A stretch of 64,000 nucleotides of DNA from Candidatus Micrarchaeota archaeon (GTDB lineage Archaea > Micrarchaeota > Micrarchaeia > Anstonellales > Bilamarchaeaceae), in assembly GCA_043821365.1 (NCBI GenBank), contig JBDRCX010000006.1, positions 288,001-352,000 of the forward strand, read 5' to 3'. The notes under the pieces were generated by a model. That model did no database searches and was not told the DNA's origin. It saw only the letters and a program-made list of their open reading frames with translations. The position numbers and the translations under genes are program-made. Every line of letters starts with the position of its first letter. Position 1 is the stretch's first letter. This document shows positions 29,674 through 38,835 of this stretch, piece by piece.

Positions 29674-30252
29674 ATGCACAGACAAGTTGGTTTGGTACAA
29701 TCAGGTGGAAACAGCGGAAATAAATTCCGTCAATTCACTTTACGTGCTGAAGGCATCCAAGTTCTTCCTCAAAATACAGTAGAAAATATGGTGCATACAC
29801 TTCATCGTCGTTCCGCTCATTCAATTCTGTCAAGATATTCTGCTGCAAAAAAAACATTACAAGAACAATTTGGTGGTGTTGTTGAACTGGTGCAGGTTCA
29901 TAATGGTGCAATAAGAATAGCTGCTAGACTTGAATTCCTTACTGACCATTTACGGCTTGATGAAAAATTACATTCACTTGTTGTTGGTATGGGTTTTGAT
30001 TTGGTACTTCATCATAGGGTTAGACCAACAGAAGAGCATGTATATATCATAAGTGAAAGTAGGTACAAATCAACCGCTGACTTTTCAGCAGTTGCACATA
30101 TTACTGAAAATCTTCTTCGTCTTGCAAAGATGTTGGAACAATATACTGTTGAATTGCCAGATAATGTAGTGAGACTTCCTATTGGTGAAACAACTCCAAC
30201 TTCTGTTCGAAGTTGCACATTCGAGAACCGGAGGGTGGCACTAGGCACATGA
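29674..30252 (+). CDS. Hypothetical protein
   Basis: 192-aa ORF; no family recognised. Confidence 0.55.
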   Translation: MHRQVGLVQSGGNSGNKFRQFTLRAEGIQVLPQNTVENMVHTLHRRSAHSILSRYSAAKKTLQEQFGGVVELVQVHNGAIRIAARLEFLTDHLRLDEKLHSLVVGMGFDLVLHHRVRPTEEHVYIISESRYKSTADFSAVAHITENLLRLAKMLEQYTVELPDNVVRLPIGETTPTSVRSCTFENRRVALGT

Positions 30253-30280
30253 TTATTAATTTTATCTAAGTGCACATATA

Positions 30281-30832
30281 ATGCGTTTGCCAAGTTTTAT
30301 TATCTATGCTCTATTTGCACTTATATTTGTTCTAATGCTCTTTATGGCATTTAATATTTTTGATCATACTTTATTACTTATTCTTATCACAATCGATATC
30401 CTATTATTTTTCTGTCTTCTCTATCTGTTCATCACTCAAAGATTATCAAAAGAAATAGATTTTACAAAATATCCAATTGAGGTTCCAGTGCTTGGCATGC
30501 ATGAAAGAGCAAAAATTCTTCCAGATTTTATCCTACAAGAGGATGTTAGTGGAGTTGCTCCGAAAATGGTTTTCTTTCAAGATCATTTTGAGTTCAATCC
30601 AAGTGCCATTGGTATCAGACCAAGAAATAAGCGTTATTCTGAAGTTGAATTGGTAGATGTTACTCATTTTTTGTTTATGGATACAGTTAAATTTACCTTC
30701 AAAGGCAATCTCGCTCTTTCTATTCAACTATTACACAAGAAAAATCTTATCCTGCTTCTTAAATTTCTTAACAAAAAAGGATGCATATTTTCTCCAAAGA
30801 CAAAAAAACTGCTAAAACAAAATCCTTCCTAA
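30281..30832 (+). CDS. Hypothetical membrane protein (2 TM plus soluble domain)
   Basis: Two N-terminal hydrophobic helices. Confidence 0.6.
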   Translation: MRLPSFIIYALFALIFVLMLFMAFNIFDHTLLLILITIDILLFFCLLYLFITQRLSKEIDFTKYPIEVPVLGMHERAKILPDFILQEDVSGVAPKMVFFQDHFEFNPSAIGIRPRNKRYSEVELVDVTHFLFMDTVKFTFKGNLALSIQLLHKKNLILLLKFLNKKGCIFSPKTKKLLKQNPS

Positions 30833-30861
30833 TTTTAATTTCTTACTCTCTTTATCCTATC

Positions 30862-30924
30862 ATGTTCAAACAAACAATTGTTGTTCGTGCTGATCTAAAG
30901 ATGAACCGCGGAAATGACGTCTAA
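30862..30924 (+). pseudogene. Orphaned 5' fragment of pth2 (MFKQTIVVRADLKMNRG-NDV*)
   Basis: 12 of 17 residues identical to the N-terminus of the intact Pth2 at 31894; similarity ends at the endonuclease ATG. Confidence 0.85.
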
Positions 30925-31909
30925 TCCTGTTTATAAACGACCAAAAATCTATTTTTTTATGAAACGATATTGGGATAAGAAATATTTGAAAAAACAATTA
31001 CGTGCTGGCAAGACTTATCTAACCATTGCTAAAGAAAATAATATCTCTAGTACTACTGTTCAAAGAGCATTAAATACATATGAGCTAACGAAACCAAGGT
31101 ACGATTGGAATCAGAAAGAACTCGCTCTTCTAAAACGATACTACTGCCGCACATCCTATCCAAATCTGATTCTACCTCATAGGACTTTAAGTTCTATCTA
31201 CCATAAAGCTACTCGTCTTGGTCTGAAAAGTTCTAATCATTTTAGGAAATATAAAATTAACACAAATTTTTTCAAAAAATGGACAAAATCGATGGCATAT
31301 CTGCTTGGATGGATGTTTAGTGATGGGAATATGGCGGATGATTGCCGTTCATTCAGATTAAAATTGGCGATTAAAGATCAAGGAATTTTATATGTCCTTA
31401 AGCGTGCCATGAACGCAAATGTTCCGATACGTGTTCATTCACAATTAGTTCCCTCTAAAAAATATTATGCTCAGTATGCTAATCTAAGAGTTACTAATAT
31501 CGAAATGTATAATGATCTCGTTCGCCTTGGGTGCACTCAAAACAAAGTGCACAAATTTATTCCACCCAACATTCCGCCAGTTTTTGTTAGTCATTTCATC
31601 CGTGGATATTTCGACGGAGATGGGTCTATCTATTTTAATAAACCTAATACTATCAGAATTAGATTCGTTGGTTCCAATCGTACTTTCATTCTTTGGCTGG
31701 CTACTTATTTTAATAAAAAATTGTGCTGTCCATTTAACTTCAAAAAAACTCCAATTGCAAAAAAATTATGGCAATGCGAGTATTATGGCGATAATGCACG
31801 TAATCTATGCAAGTGGATGTACCGTGGTTGTGAGAATCTTTATCTTAAACGAAAACGAAAACGCTTTATTGACCATCTGAAAAAGAGAATGTTATGTTCA
31901 AGCAGATAA
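30914..31909 (+). CDS. LAGLIDADG homing endonuclease 2 with N-terminal HTH-like region
   Basis: MAYLLGWMFSDGN and FIRGYFDGDGS motifs. Confidence 0.9.
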   Translation: MTSNPVYKRPKIYFFMKRYWDKKYLKKQLRAGKTYLTIAKENNISSTTVQRALNTYELTKPRYDWNQKELALLKRYYCRTSYPNLILPHRTLSSIYHKATRLGLKSSNHFRKYKINTNFFKKWTKSMAYLLGWMFSDGNMADDCRSFRLKLAIKDQGILYVLKRAMNANVPIRVHSQLVPSKKYYAQYANLRVTNIEMYNDLVRLGCTQNKVHKFIPPNIPPVFVSHFIRGYFDGDGSIYFNKPNTIRIRFVGSNRTFILWLATYFNKKLCCPFNFKKTPIAKKLWQCEYYGDNARNLCKWMYRGCENLYLKRKRKRFIDHLKKRMLCSSR

Positions 31910-32244
31910 TCGTTATGCGGAAAGATCTCAAAATGTCTGTGGGTAAGCTTTTAGCACAATCTTCTCATGCGTCACTTTCAGCTTACAAAAAAGTCTCAAA
32001 ATCAAATCCAGAAATTGCAAAAAGTTGGGAGGCCGAAGGTCAGAAAAAAGTTGTTTTGAAAGTAAACAGCGAAAAAGATTTATTCGAATTTTTTCAAAAA
32101 GGAAAAGATGCAGGAATACCCTGCGAAATCATTAGGGATGCAGGACACACTCAACTAGAACCTGGAACATATACTTGTTTTGGCGCTGGCCCATGGGACG
32201 AAAAACTCTTAGATGAGATTTTCGGAAAATTGAAATTACTTTGA
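31894..32244 (+). CDS. pth2: Peptidyl-tRNA hydrolase 2
   Basis: KQIIVMRKDLKMSVGK..AQ..HA, GQKKVVLK, RDAGHTQLEPGT.T. Confidence 0.95.
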   Translation: MFKQIIVMRKDLKMSVGKLLAQSSHASLSAYKKVSKSNPEIAKSWEAEGQKKVVLKVNSEKDLFEFFQKGKDAGIPCEIIRDAGHTQLEPGTYTCFGAGPWDEKLLDEIFGKLKLL

Positions 32245-32780
32245 TTTTTATGCAAGTTTTTCTATTTCATTGTTGGGGTGGAGATGGCAAAAGTTGCTGG
32301 TCATTTTGGTTAACCAATCGTCTTAAAGAAAAAAATATCTCGGTTCTATCCCCTGATTTTCCGGATACAAATTTTCCTAAATTAGAAAAATGGCTAGAAA
32401 CTATCCGTTCAAATCAAGGAAAATTTGATAAAAAAGAGGATTGGGTTTTTATTGGTCATTCACTTGGTTGTCCCACCATCTTAAGATTGCTTGAATCATT
32501 TGAGAAAGATGAACATGTGAAAAAAGTAATTTTAGTTGCAGGATTTGCAAAAGATCTTGGAATTCCAGATATAAAGAATTTCGTCGATCAAAAATTCAAC
32601 TGGGAAAAAATCAACTCGGTTTGTGATGAATTTGTTGTAATAAATTCTGATGATGATCCTTTTATTGAATTGAACGAAGGAGAAAGGTTGGCAAAAATGC
32701 TTAATACAAAACTGATTGTTGAGCACAATGGTGGTCACATAAATAATCTACACTATGCTCGTTTGTTAGAATTTCTCTAA
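32241..32780 (+). CDS. RBBP9/YdeN alpha/beta hydrolase
   Basis: W..WL, GHSLG nucleophile elbow, SDDDPFI, GGHIN. Confidence 0.88.
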   Translation: MIFMQVFLFHCWGGDGKSCWSFWLTNRLKEKNISVLSPDFPDTNFPKLEKWLETIRSNQGKFDKKEDWVFIGHSLGCPTILRLLESFEKDEHVKKVILVAGFAKDLGIPDIKNFVDQKFNWEKINSVCDEFVVINSDDDPFIELNEGERLAKMLNTKLIVEHNGGHINNLHYARLLEFL

Positions 32781-33262
32781 CCTCCAGTCCAACAACTCGC
32801 CGGTGTTATCATTTTTTCTTTATCTTCTTTACTATATTCTTTATCCATAATCCTATATCCAGTATATTTTTCTTCTACTGGATCCATATCAGGTCCAGGG
32901 GGAGGAAGATAAAAACTTTCTTCTATCTCATTGACAATATAGTCTTTTTCAATTTCTAAACACCATTCTTTTACTATTATTTTTTCCGGCATATCATCTC
33001 CAAAAACATTATTGAAAATCCGCTTGAATTTTTCCGGTGCTGTTTTAGGGTCAAATTCCTTTTCAAAAGTTGTTCCAAGATATAATCTCGCTGGGGGCAC
33101 ACCAATTTCTTTATTTTTTCCATTTATTTCTACAAAAAACCTTTCACTAGTAACGTAAGCTCCAGTATATGTTCCTACATCAATAAATAATGCAGTTTCA
33201 AAGTACACACATCTTTTCCCACTAAATGGAGCTTCCATTTCTTTACCAGTGAATTTGACCAT
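32777..33262 (-). CDS. Hypothetical acidic protein
   Basis: 161-aa ORF (APFSGKRCVYF); no family recognised. Confidence 0.6.
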   Translation of the reverse strand: MVKFTGKEMEAPFSGKRCVYFETALFIDVGTYTGAYVTSERFFVEINGKNKEIGVPPARLYLGTTFEKEFDPKTAPEKFKRIFNNVFGDDMPEKIIVKEWCLEIEKDYIVNEIEESFYLPPPGPDMDPVEEKYTGYRIMDKEYSKEDKEKMITPASCWTGG

Positions 33263-33369
33263 AAAGAATTAGTTGAGTTATAAAATAAAAACGTGCTTGA
33301 AACTGCGGTTTCAAGATAGGCAATTTTGATAAATAGGGGTGCGGGGATGTGCCCCGCAACAAAAAGAAA

Positions 33370-33590
33370 TGCCACGGGCCTGATTTGAACAAGCGACCCC
33401 ACCGTTTCCAAACTTTTTGAAAACATCATTGTTGCAAAACAACAATGCGCCCATAAAAACGATAGTTCGTTTTTATAGGGAAGTTTGACCGAACTGGGAT
33501 TCCAGTTAAGATACTTCAGCTTCACAGATTCTTTTAGTTAAAAAATTCCTAAAAGAAACAGGTGTGCTCTCCCAACTGAGCTACCGTGGC
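33370..33590 (-). tRNA. tRNA-Phe(GAA) with two introns (30/31: 33521-33560; 37/38: 33405-33513)
   Basis: Exons GCCACGG...GAGCACACC / GCTGAAG / ACGGTG...CCGTGGCA rebuild CACCG-CTGAAGA-CGGTG; BHB at both introns (CACA/TGTG; CTGA/TTGG). Confidence 0.88.
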
Positions 33591-33607
33591 ATTTAGTATT
33601 TTAGTTG

Positions 33608-34243
33608 TTAACGGAAAGATTCTAAAATAGTATTTATTCTCCTCCTTTTATGTGGATTTGAGGATCCTATGTCATTATTCCATTTAGCTAGCATCTTCAT
33701 TCCATATATGGAGATTTTATAACTACCATTTCCTGCATGTCTATAATTTATTCGAAATCCCATCTCAATCAATGTTTTGTATACCTGTATTAACAATGTT
33801 TGATTCGAATTTGTTATCTCCAGTGTGGGGTAGCTCTCGATGCCTTTTTTATGTGATGTAAACACAGACCCATCAGTGTCGAATAAACCCCTAATGAAAG
33901 CTTTTAGTAGTTTTTTAGTGACACTTATTCTTGGCGGGATTCCAAATTTACACTTTAATGTTCTAGGTGGTATCCCTATTTTATTTGTGATAAACTGGTA
34001 AAATTTTTTAGAATATATAGTTAATCGCAATCCCCTACTCCTCACCCTATAATATGGTTTTTTTATTCTGGAATGAACAAAGAAGTAGATATAGTCAAAA
34101 TATTCTCTATCTGTTATGATGTTCCCGGTTAATGTTATCTCGTATTTTCTTCCATTAGACCATATATTCCCGTCTCCCATCACTGCCCCACAAAATTCTG
34201 AAATCATTTCATCAATAAAATAATCTTCCATAGTATTTCTCAT
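33608..34243 (-). CDS. LAGLIDADG homing endonuclease 3 (17 nt upstream of tRNA-Phe)
   Basis: SEFCGAVMGDGN and FIRGLFDTDGS motifs. Confidence 0.9.
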   Translation of the reverse strand: MRNTMEDYFIDEMISEFCGAVMGDGNIWSNGRKYEITLTGNIITDREYFDYIYFFVHSRIKKPYYRVRSRGLRLTIYSKKFYQFITNKIGIPPRTLKCKFGIPPRISVTKKLLKAFIRGLFDTDGSVFTSHKKGIESYPTLEITNSNQTLLIQVYKTLIEMGFRINYRHAGNGSYKISIYGMKMLAKWNNDIGSSNPHKRRRINTILESFR

Positions 34244-34487
34244 TTGCTATTCTTTATCTCTATGATCCTGTTTTTGATGTGCCTGCCCATCAAAAATACT
34301 ATTTTAAATGTTATTTACCATATATTTCCATTACAGACAAGTAAAAAAAGATTTCATTTAGCCTTTGATAGGTTTATGAAGTCTTTCAACCCCAGTAAAT
34401 TTTTTCAGTTTAGCTGTTATTGAGGTTTTCTACCACAAATATTCCAAAGTAGTCAGAGGTAAATAAGGGGATGGTAGGTTCATCCCT

Positions 34488-34736
34488 ATGATATTAAGAG
34501 CAATTGCGAAATTACATTTCATCGTTGGTCTGGGTATGTTCTTATTTGTAGGGCTAATGGTTGTCTCTGACGATGTTGATGCCCGTGCTCTTCTTCTTTT
34601 GCCCATAGTGATAATGTTTATGGCAGCTAAAATCCTTCATACAATTGATCAAGCAAACGAACTAGAGGATATGATGTATCGTTATAAAAAGAGAATTTCA
34701 GACCCACTACCTACCGAAGCGTCTTTTTCTTCTTGA
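34488..34736 (+). CDS. Small 2-TM membrane protein
   Basis: Two hydrophobic helices in an 82-aa ORF. Confidence 0.5.
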   Translation: MILRAIAKLHFIVGLGMFLFVGLMVVSDDVDARALLLLPIVIMFMAAKILHTIDQANELEDMMYRYKKRISDPLPTEASFSS

Positions 34737-35414
34737 ATACTCATTAATTGCAGCAGTAAAATCCTTTTTTGAAAAGTCTGGCCATAGTTTTTTTGCAAAG
34801 TAAAATTCACTATAGCATGTTTGCCATGGCATAAGACCCGAAAGTCTTTGTTCACCTGATGTTCTTATTACTAAATCAGGATCAGGAAGACCTTTTGTAT
34901 ACATGGAGTTACTCAAGGTTGTTTCATCAACTTTTCTAATTCCTTTTGCTAAAATATCGTTTACTGCATCAACTATCTCTTCACGTCCGCCATAGGATAA
35001 AAGAAGATTAAGTTGGTATTTCCTTTTTCCTCCTGAAGTTATTTGTTCTGCTTTTTTTATCATGCTTTGGATCTCAGAAGGGAATAACCCTGTTCTCCCA
35101 AAAAATCTCACTCTTAATTCATTCTTATTTCTATCATCACTGTCTATTGCTTTTTTCAAATTCTCCTTAAATAATCCAAACAGATCTTTTATTTCATCTT
35201 TGTCTCTCTTGAAATTATCTGTGGAAAATCCCCACATGGTAAGCATTGCCACGTCAAATTCTTTGCACCATTTGAGAACATCGCCAATTTTTTGAATTCC
35301 CTTGGCGTAACCTTCATGCTTAGTGAGTTTGTGTTTTTTGCTCCAACGTCTGTTCCCATCTGGCACGATGGCGATATGATTAGGTATTGTAACCTCCACC
35401 ATTAGTTTAATCAC
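34707..35414 (-). CDS. uppS: cis-prenyltransferase (UppS family)
   Basis: HIAIVPDGNRRW, WGFSTDNFKR, SYGGREEI, IRTSGEQRLSG. Confidence 0.95.
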   Translation of the reverse strand: MIKLMVEVTIPNHIAIVPDGNRRWSKKHKLTKHEGYAKGIQKIGDVLKWCKEFDVAMLTMWGFSTDNFKRDKDEIKDLFGLFKENLKKAIDSDDRNKNELRVRFFGRTGLFPSEIQSMIKKAEQITSGGKRKYQLNLLLSYGGREEIVDAVNDILAKGIRKVDETTLSNSMYTKGLPDPDLVIRTSGEQRLSGLMPWQTCYSEFYFAKKLWPDFSKKDFTAAINEYSRRKRRFGR

Positions 35415-36455
35415 CTAATATAATATTTGATTCAGTTTCTTCTTTTTAGCTGCAATTTTTAGTTCTTTTGCTATCCTTCTTCCAACACTCATTCTATCTT
35501 TATAATAATAAACAGAATAAGGTGAACCTTCTGGGAACACATTTGTCCCAGCAACTATTCTCGCACTTATTTCAAAAGCATAAATCTGAAGGTCTTCAGT
35601 GATTATTGTTTCCACACAAAATGGTCCAAGCAAACCACCAAACAAATCAAAGGAGGTTTCACTTATTTTTCTTCCAATTTCCATATACTCCGGAAGCAAT
35701 GATTCTCGAAGAACCATAGGCTCGTTACCTACAACTGTGAAAGCAAGATCAATATTCATACCAAGTGAAACTGCCCGTGCAATTTCATCAGCACTGCTCT
35801 CCACTCTTCTGTCAACCCCAAGCATCTCCAATCTTCCTTGCTTTGTTGGGTATCCTGTTTTTCCAAATGAAGAGAAAAAGAAATGCGGGTATGCCCTTAC
35901 CCCAACTATGAATTCTTGGATTATGCATTCTTTGTTGCCAACCTTTTTCTTGAACTCTGCCTCAGAACCAACAACCATATATCCTCTTCCGCCTTTGGCT
36001 CCAGCAAATTTCACCATGGCAGGACCACCGATCTCATTAGGCCTGTATATTTTTGGTGTTTTGATACCTGCTTTTTCAAGCCAAGTATACATCTTTTCTC
36101 TACTTCTTTCCCAAACTATGCTTTGTCTGTTTCCATATATGGGTATTCTCAAATCATCAAATTTCTCCCCTATGTATTCTACAAATGAACCGTGGGGGAT
36201 GATGATAGCATTTTTTGCAACCAGATCATCAAATGGTATGTTATCATAACTATCGACTTCTATGAATTCGTCTGGTCTGCCAAGAGGAAAAGATTCGTAT
36301 AGTTTTCTCTTACCTTTTTGTACTATGCCTATGGTTTTTATCCCTTCTTCTCTTGCACCTTTGAAAATTTGAAGAGAGGAATGTGAACAAATAGTAGCTA
36401 TCTTGAAATTCTTATAACCAGAGACAATATCGTCTATTTTTTTCTTGTCAAGCAT
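35415..36455 (-). CDS. purP: PurP (FAICAR synthetase, ATP-grasp)
   Basis: IATICSHSSLQI, IPHGSFVEY, GAKGGRGY, FEISARIVAGTN. Confidence 0.92.
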   Translation of the reverse strand: MLDKKKIDDIVSGYKNFKIATICSHSSLQIFKGAREEGIKTIGIVQKGKRKLYESFPLGRPDEFIEVDSYDNIPFDDLVAKNAIIIPHGSFVEYIGEKFDDLRIPIYGNRQSIVWERSREKMYTWLEKAGIKTPKIYRPNEIGGPAMVKFAGAKGGRGYMVVGSEAEFKKKVGNKECIIQEFIVGVRAYPHFFFSSFGKTGYPTKQGRLEMLGVDRRVESSADEIARAVSLGMNIDLAFTVVGNEPMVLRESLLPEYMEIGRKISETSFDLFGGLLGPFCVETIITEDLQIYAFEISARIVAGTNVFPEGSPYSVYYYKDRMSVGRRIAKELKIAAKKKKLNQILY

Positions 36456-36683
36456 ATCCTGATTGAAGATAAACTTCTTAAAAAACCTTATGTTGCGTCC
36501 AAATAATAAAATTAGTTAAATCTGTTGAAAAATAATCTCTTTATTTTCAATGGTTTTCCGTATTTGAATGCCAACCGAAGGATAAAGTTCATACTACTAT
36601 TATGGTTGTTATAGTTTATAAACTATTGTGTTTATACATTTATTACAAAAAGCACTTAAAAACAACGAGGGAAATTGTTTTCA

Positions 36684-37913
36684 ATGAAATGTGTTATTCT
36701 TGCAGCAGGTGAAGGAACACGGCTGAGGCCGTTAACTGAGACCAGACCAAAACCAATGCTTTATGCTGCAGGCAAGCCTATAATCTACCATTTATTGAAA
36801 GAAGTAAAAAAAGCAGGGATCCAAGAAGTCATTATTATTGTAAGATACAAAAAAGAAAATTTAATTCAATATCTTTCGAAAAATAATCTTGGTCTAACAA
36901 TCAAATTCATTGAACAAGGAAAGGAAAATGGAACTGGTGCGGCCCTTCTTTCTGCTGAAAAAGAAATAAACGATACTTTTGTTGTTTTGGCTGGGGATAT
37001 TGTAACTGAAGCATCTGTTATCAGAAAAGTCATTGATAATCATAAAGGAAACATTACTCTTGCTTTGAAAAAAGTTTCAAATCCTCATTTATATGGGGTT
37101 GTTGAACTTTCTGGGGATAAAATTAGTTTATTTGAAGAAAAGGCCAAACATCCGAAAACCGATCTTGCAAATCTTTCTGTTTATTGCATGGAACCAACTA
37201 TTTTTTCTGAATTAAAATCAGTTGGAAAATCTGAAAGAGGAGAATATGAACTTGTGAGTTTGTTTATTGGATCAAAGGGAGTTGTTGTTGATGGATATTG
37301 GAAAGACATTGCTTATCCTTGGGATCTTTTTGATGCAAATGAATTTTTACTTTCTAAAATGGAATCAAAATCTGGTCATATAGAAAATTCAACAATAAAT
37401 GGAAAAGTGATAATGGAAGAAGGAGCAAAGATAATAAGCAGTTATGTTGAAGGTTGTGCCTATGTTGGTGAAAACACGATAATTGGTCCAAACGCTTACT
37501 TAAGGGGGGCCAATTCAATCGGAGCCAACTGTTCCATTGGTGGGGGCACAACTGTGAAAAACAGTATTCTCTTAGATAATGTTAATGCTAAACATCTCAC
37601 CTATATTGGTGATAGTATTATTGGTGAAAATGTTAACTTTGGTTCTGGCACTCAAATTGCAAATTATAGGTTTGATAGCGGTTACATAAACGTAATGACT
37701 GAAAGAGGCTGGACAAATTCTGGAAAGAAAAAACTTGGTGTTTTTGTCGGAGATAATACTAGATTTGGAGTACTATCCTGTACCATGCCAGGAAAACTAA
37801 TTGGAAGTGATTGTTGGATTGGTTCTGGCGTTGTTGTAAAGGAAAATCTTAATTCAAATAATCATATTTTTGTAAAACAGGAAATTATTATTACCAAAGA
37901 AAAAAATGAGTGA
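36684..37913 (+). CDS. glmU: Bifunctional sugar-1-phosphate nucleotidyltransferase / acetyltransferase (archaeal GlmU)
   Basis: LAAGEGTRLRPLT..RPKPM, hexapeptide repeats, HLTYIGDS, KKLGVFVGD. Confidence 0.9.
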   Translation: MKCVILAAGEGTRLRPLTETRPKPMLYAAGKPIIYHLLKEVKKAGIQEVIIIVRYKKENLIQYLSKNNLGLTIKFIEQGKENGTGAALLSAEKEINDTFVVLAGDIVTEASVIRKVIDNHKGNITLALKKVSNPHLYGVVELSGDKISLFEEKAKHPKTDLANLSVYCMEPTIFSELKSVGKSERGEYELVSLFIGSKGVVVDGYWKDIAYPWDLFDANEFLLSKMESKSGHIENSTINGKVIMEEGAKIISSYVEGCAYVGENTIIGPNAYLRGANSIGANCSIGGGTTVKNSILLDNVNAKHLTYIGDSIIGENVNFGSGTQIANYRFDSGYINVMTERGWTNSGKKKLGVFVGDNTRFGVLSCTMPGKLIGSDCWIGSGVVVKENLNSNNHIFVKQEIIITKEKNE

Positions 37914-38400
37914 TTCTATTTATCTGATAATCGGAATTGATCCTGGAATTAATGTTGGATATGCAGCTCTTGATTTAAACGGAAAACTAGTTGGTGCTGG
38001 AGTTACCAAACAGAAAAATGCAAATAAGGTTGTTGGTTTAATTTCTCAAATTGGAATTCCACTTCTTGTTGCTTGTGATGTTTCAAAACCACCTTCTTTT
38101 GTAAAATCCGTTGCAGCAAAGTTTAATGTAAAAGTTTTTTCCCCAAGCAAGAATCTTACTCAGGAATCCAAAAGGTTCATGGCGAAAAATAGAAATTTTT
38201 CGACTGTCGCGAATTATAAAATTCGCTCCATGGCTCCTGATGCAATGGACATACACGTTAGAGATGCATATGCTGCTGCAATTAAAGCATATAGAAAATA
38301 TTCAAATCGTTTTAGGAGAATCGATAAGATTTATTCTGATAAAGCTGAAGAATACAAAAGGTTAGTTCTAGAAGGAAAACCAGTTGGGAAATTTGATTAA
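37906..38400 (+). CDS. DUF460-like RNase H-fold protein with a 17-aa in-frame insertion
   Basis: IIGIDPGINVGYAALDLNG, VACDVSKPP, HVRDAYAAA. Confidence 0.8.
   Translation: MSDSIYLIIGIDPGINVGYAALDLNGKLVGAGVTKQKNANKVVGLISQIGIPLLVACDVSKPPSFVKSVAAKFNVKVFSPSKNLTQESKRFMAKNRNFSTVANYKIRSMAPDAMDIHVRDAYAAAIKAYRKYSNRFRRIDKIYSDKAEEYKRLVLEGKPVGKFD
38178..38234 (+). mobile_element. Intragenic palindromic element, copy 2 (51-bp in-frame insertion, CATGGC direct repeats)
   Basis: catggc at 38178-38183 and 38229-38234; core cgactgtcgcgaa-loop-ttcgctccatgg is shared with copy 1. Confidence 0.8.
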
Positions 38401-38439
38401 TTTATATATTTAAAAATCTATCCATACAAGACCATCTTT

Positions 38440-38826
38440 ATGAACAGAATTAGATTTAATGGCAGAGGTAGCCATTTGTTGGCAGACAGTTTGAGCGTAA
38501 GATTCGGAGATACTAAAGTAAGTGATACTGTTATTAGGAGAAGACTTACTGACGTCGTAGCAACAATAAAGATGGACAGAAGTTTACCACCATTTTTATT
38601 CGGCTTTTCTCGTGGAGATAAAGTACTTATGGTTGAACCTCCACATCAAACAACAAGAGAAGCACATGAACATGAAAAACGTGCATTTGTTGGTATGCTT
38701 AATGATACACTTACTGATGCAAGAATCCGAGAAAGCAGAGCAGGTAAGAAAACATATCCAGCTGCAAAATCGCATCTTGCAAGAGTAGAATTTGTTGCAG
38801 GAATGGTTGAAGGGCTTCTTTCTTAG
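38440..38826 (+). CDS. Hypothetical protein
   Basis: 128-aa Arg-rich ORF. Confidence 0.55.
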   Translation: MNRIRFNGRGSHLLADSLSVRFGDTKVSDTVIRRRLTDVVATIKMDRSLPPFLFGFSRGDKVLMVEPPHQTTREAHEHEKRAFVGMLNDTLTDARIRESRAGKKTYPAAKSHLARVEFVAGMVEGLLS

Positions 38827-38835
38827 TCTGATTCT

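Noticed and set aside
33175-33525. 116-aa minus-strand ORF
   Set aside because: Runs through the tRNA-Phe intron and exons; no coding signature.
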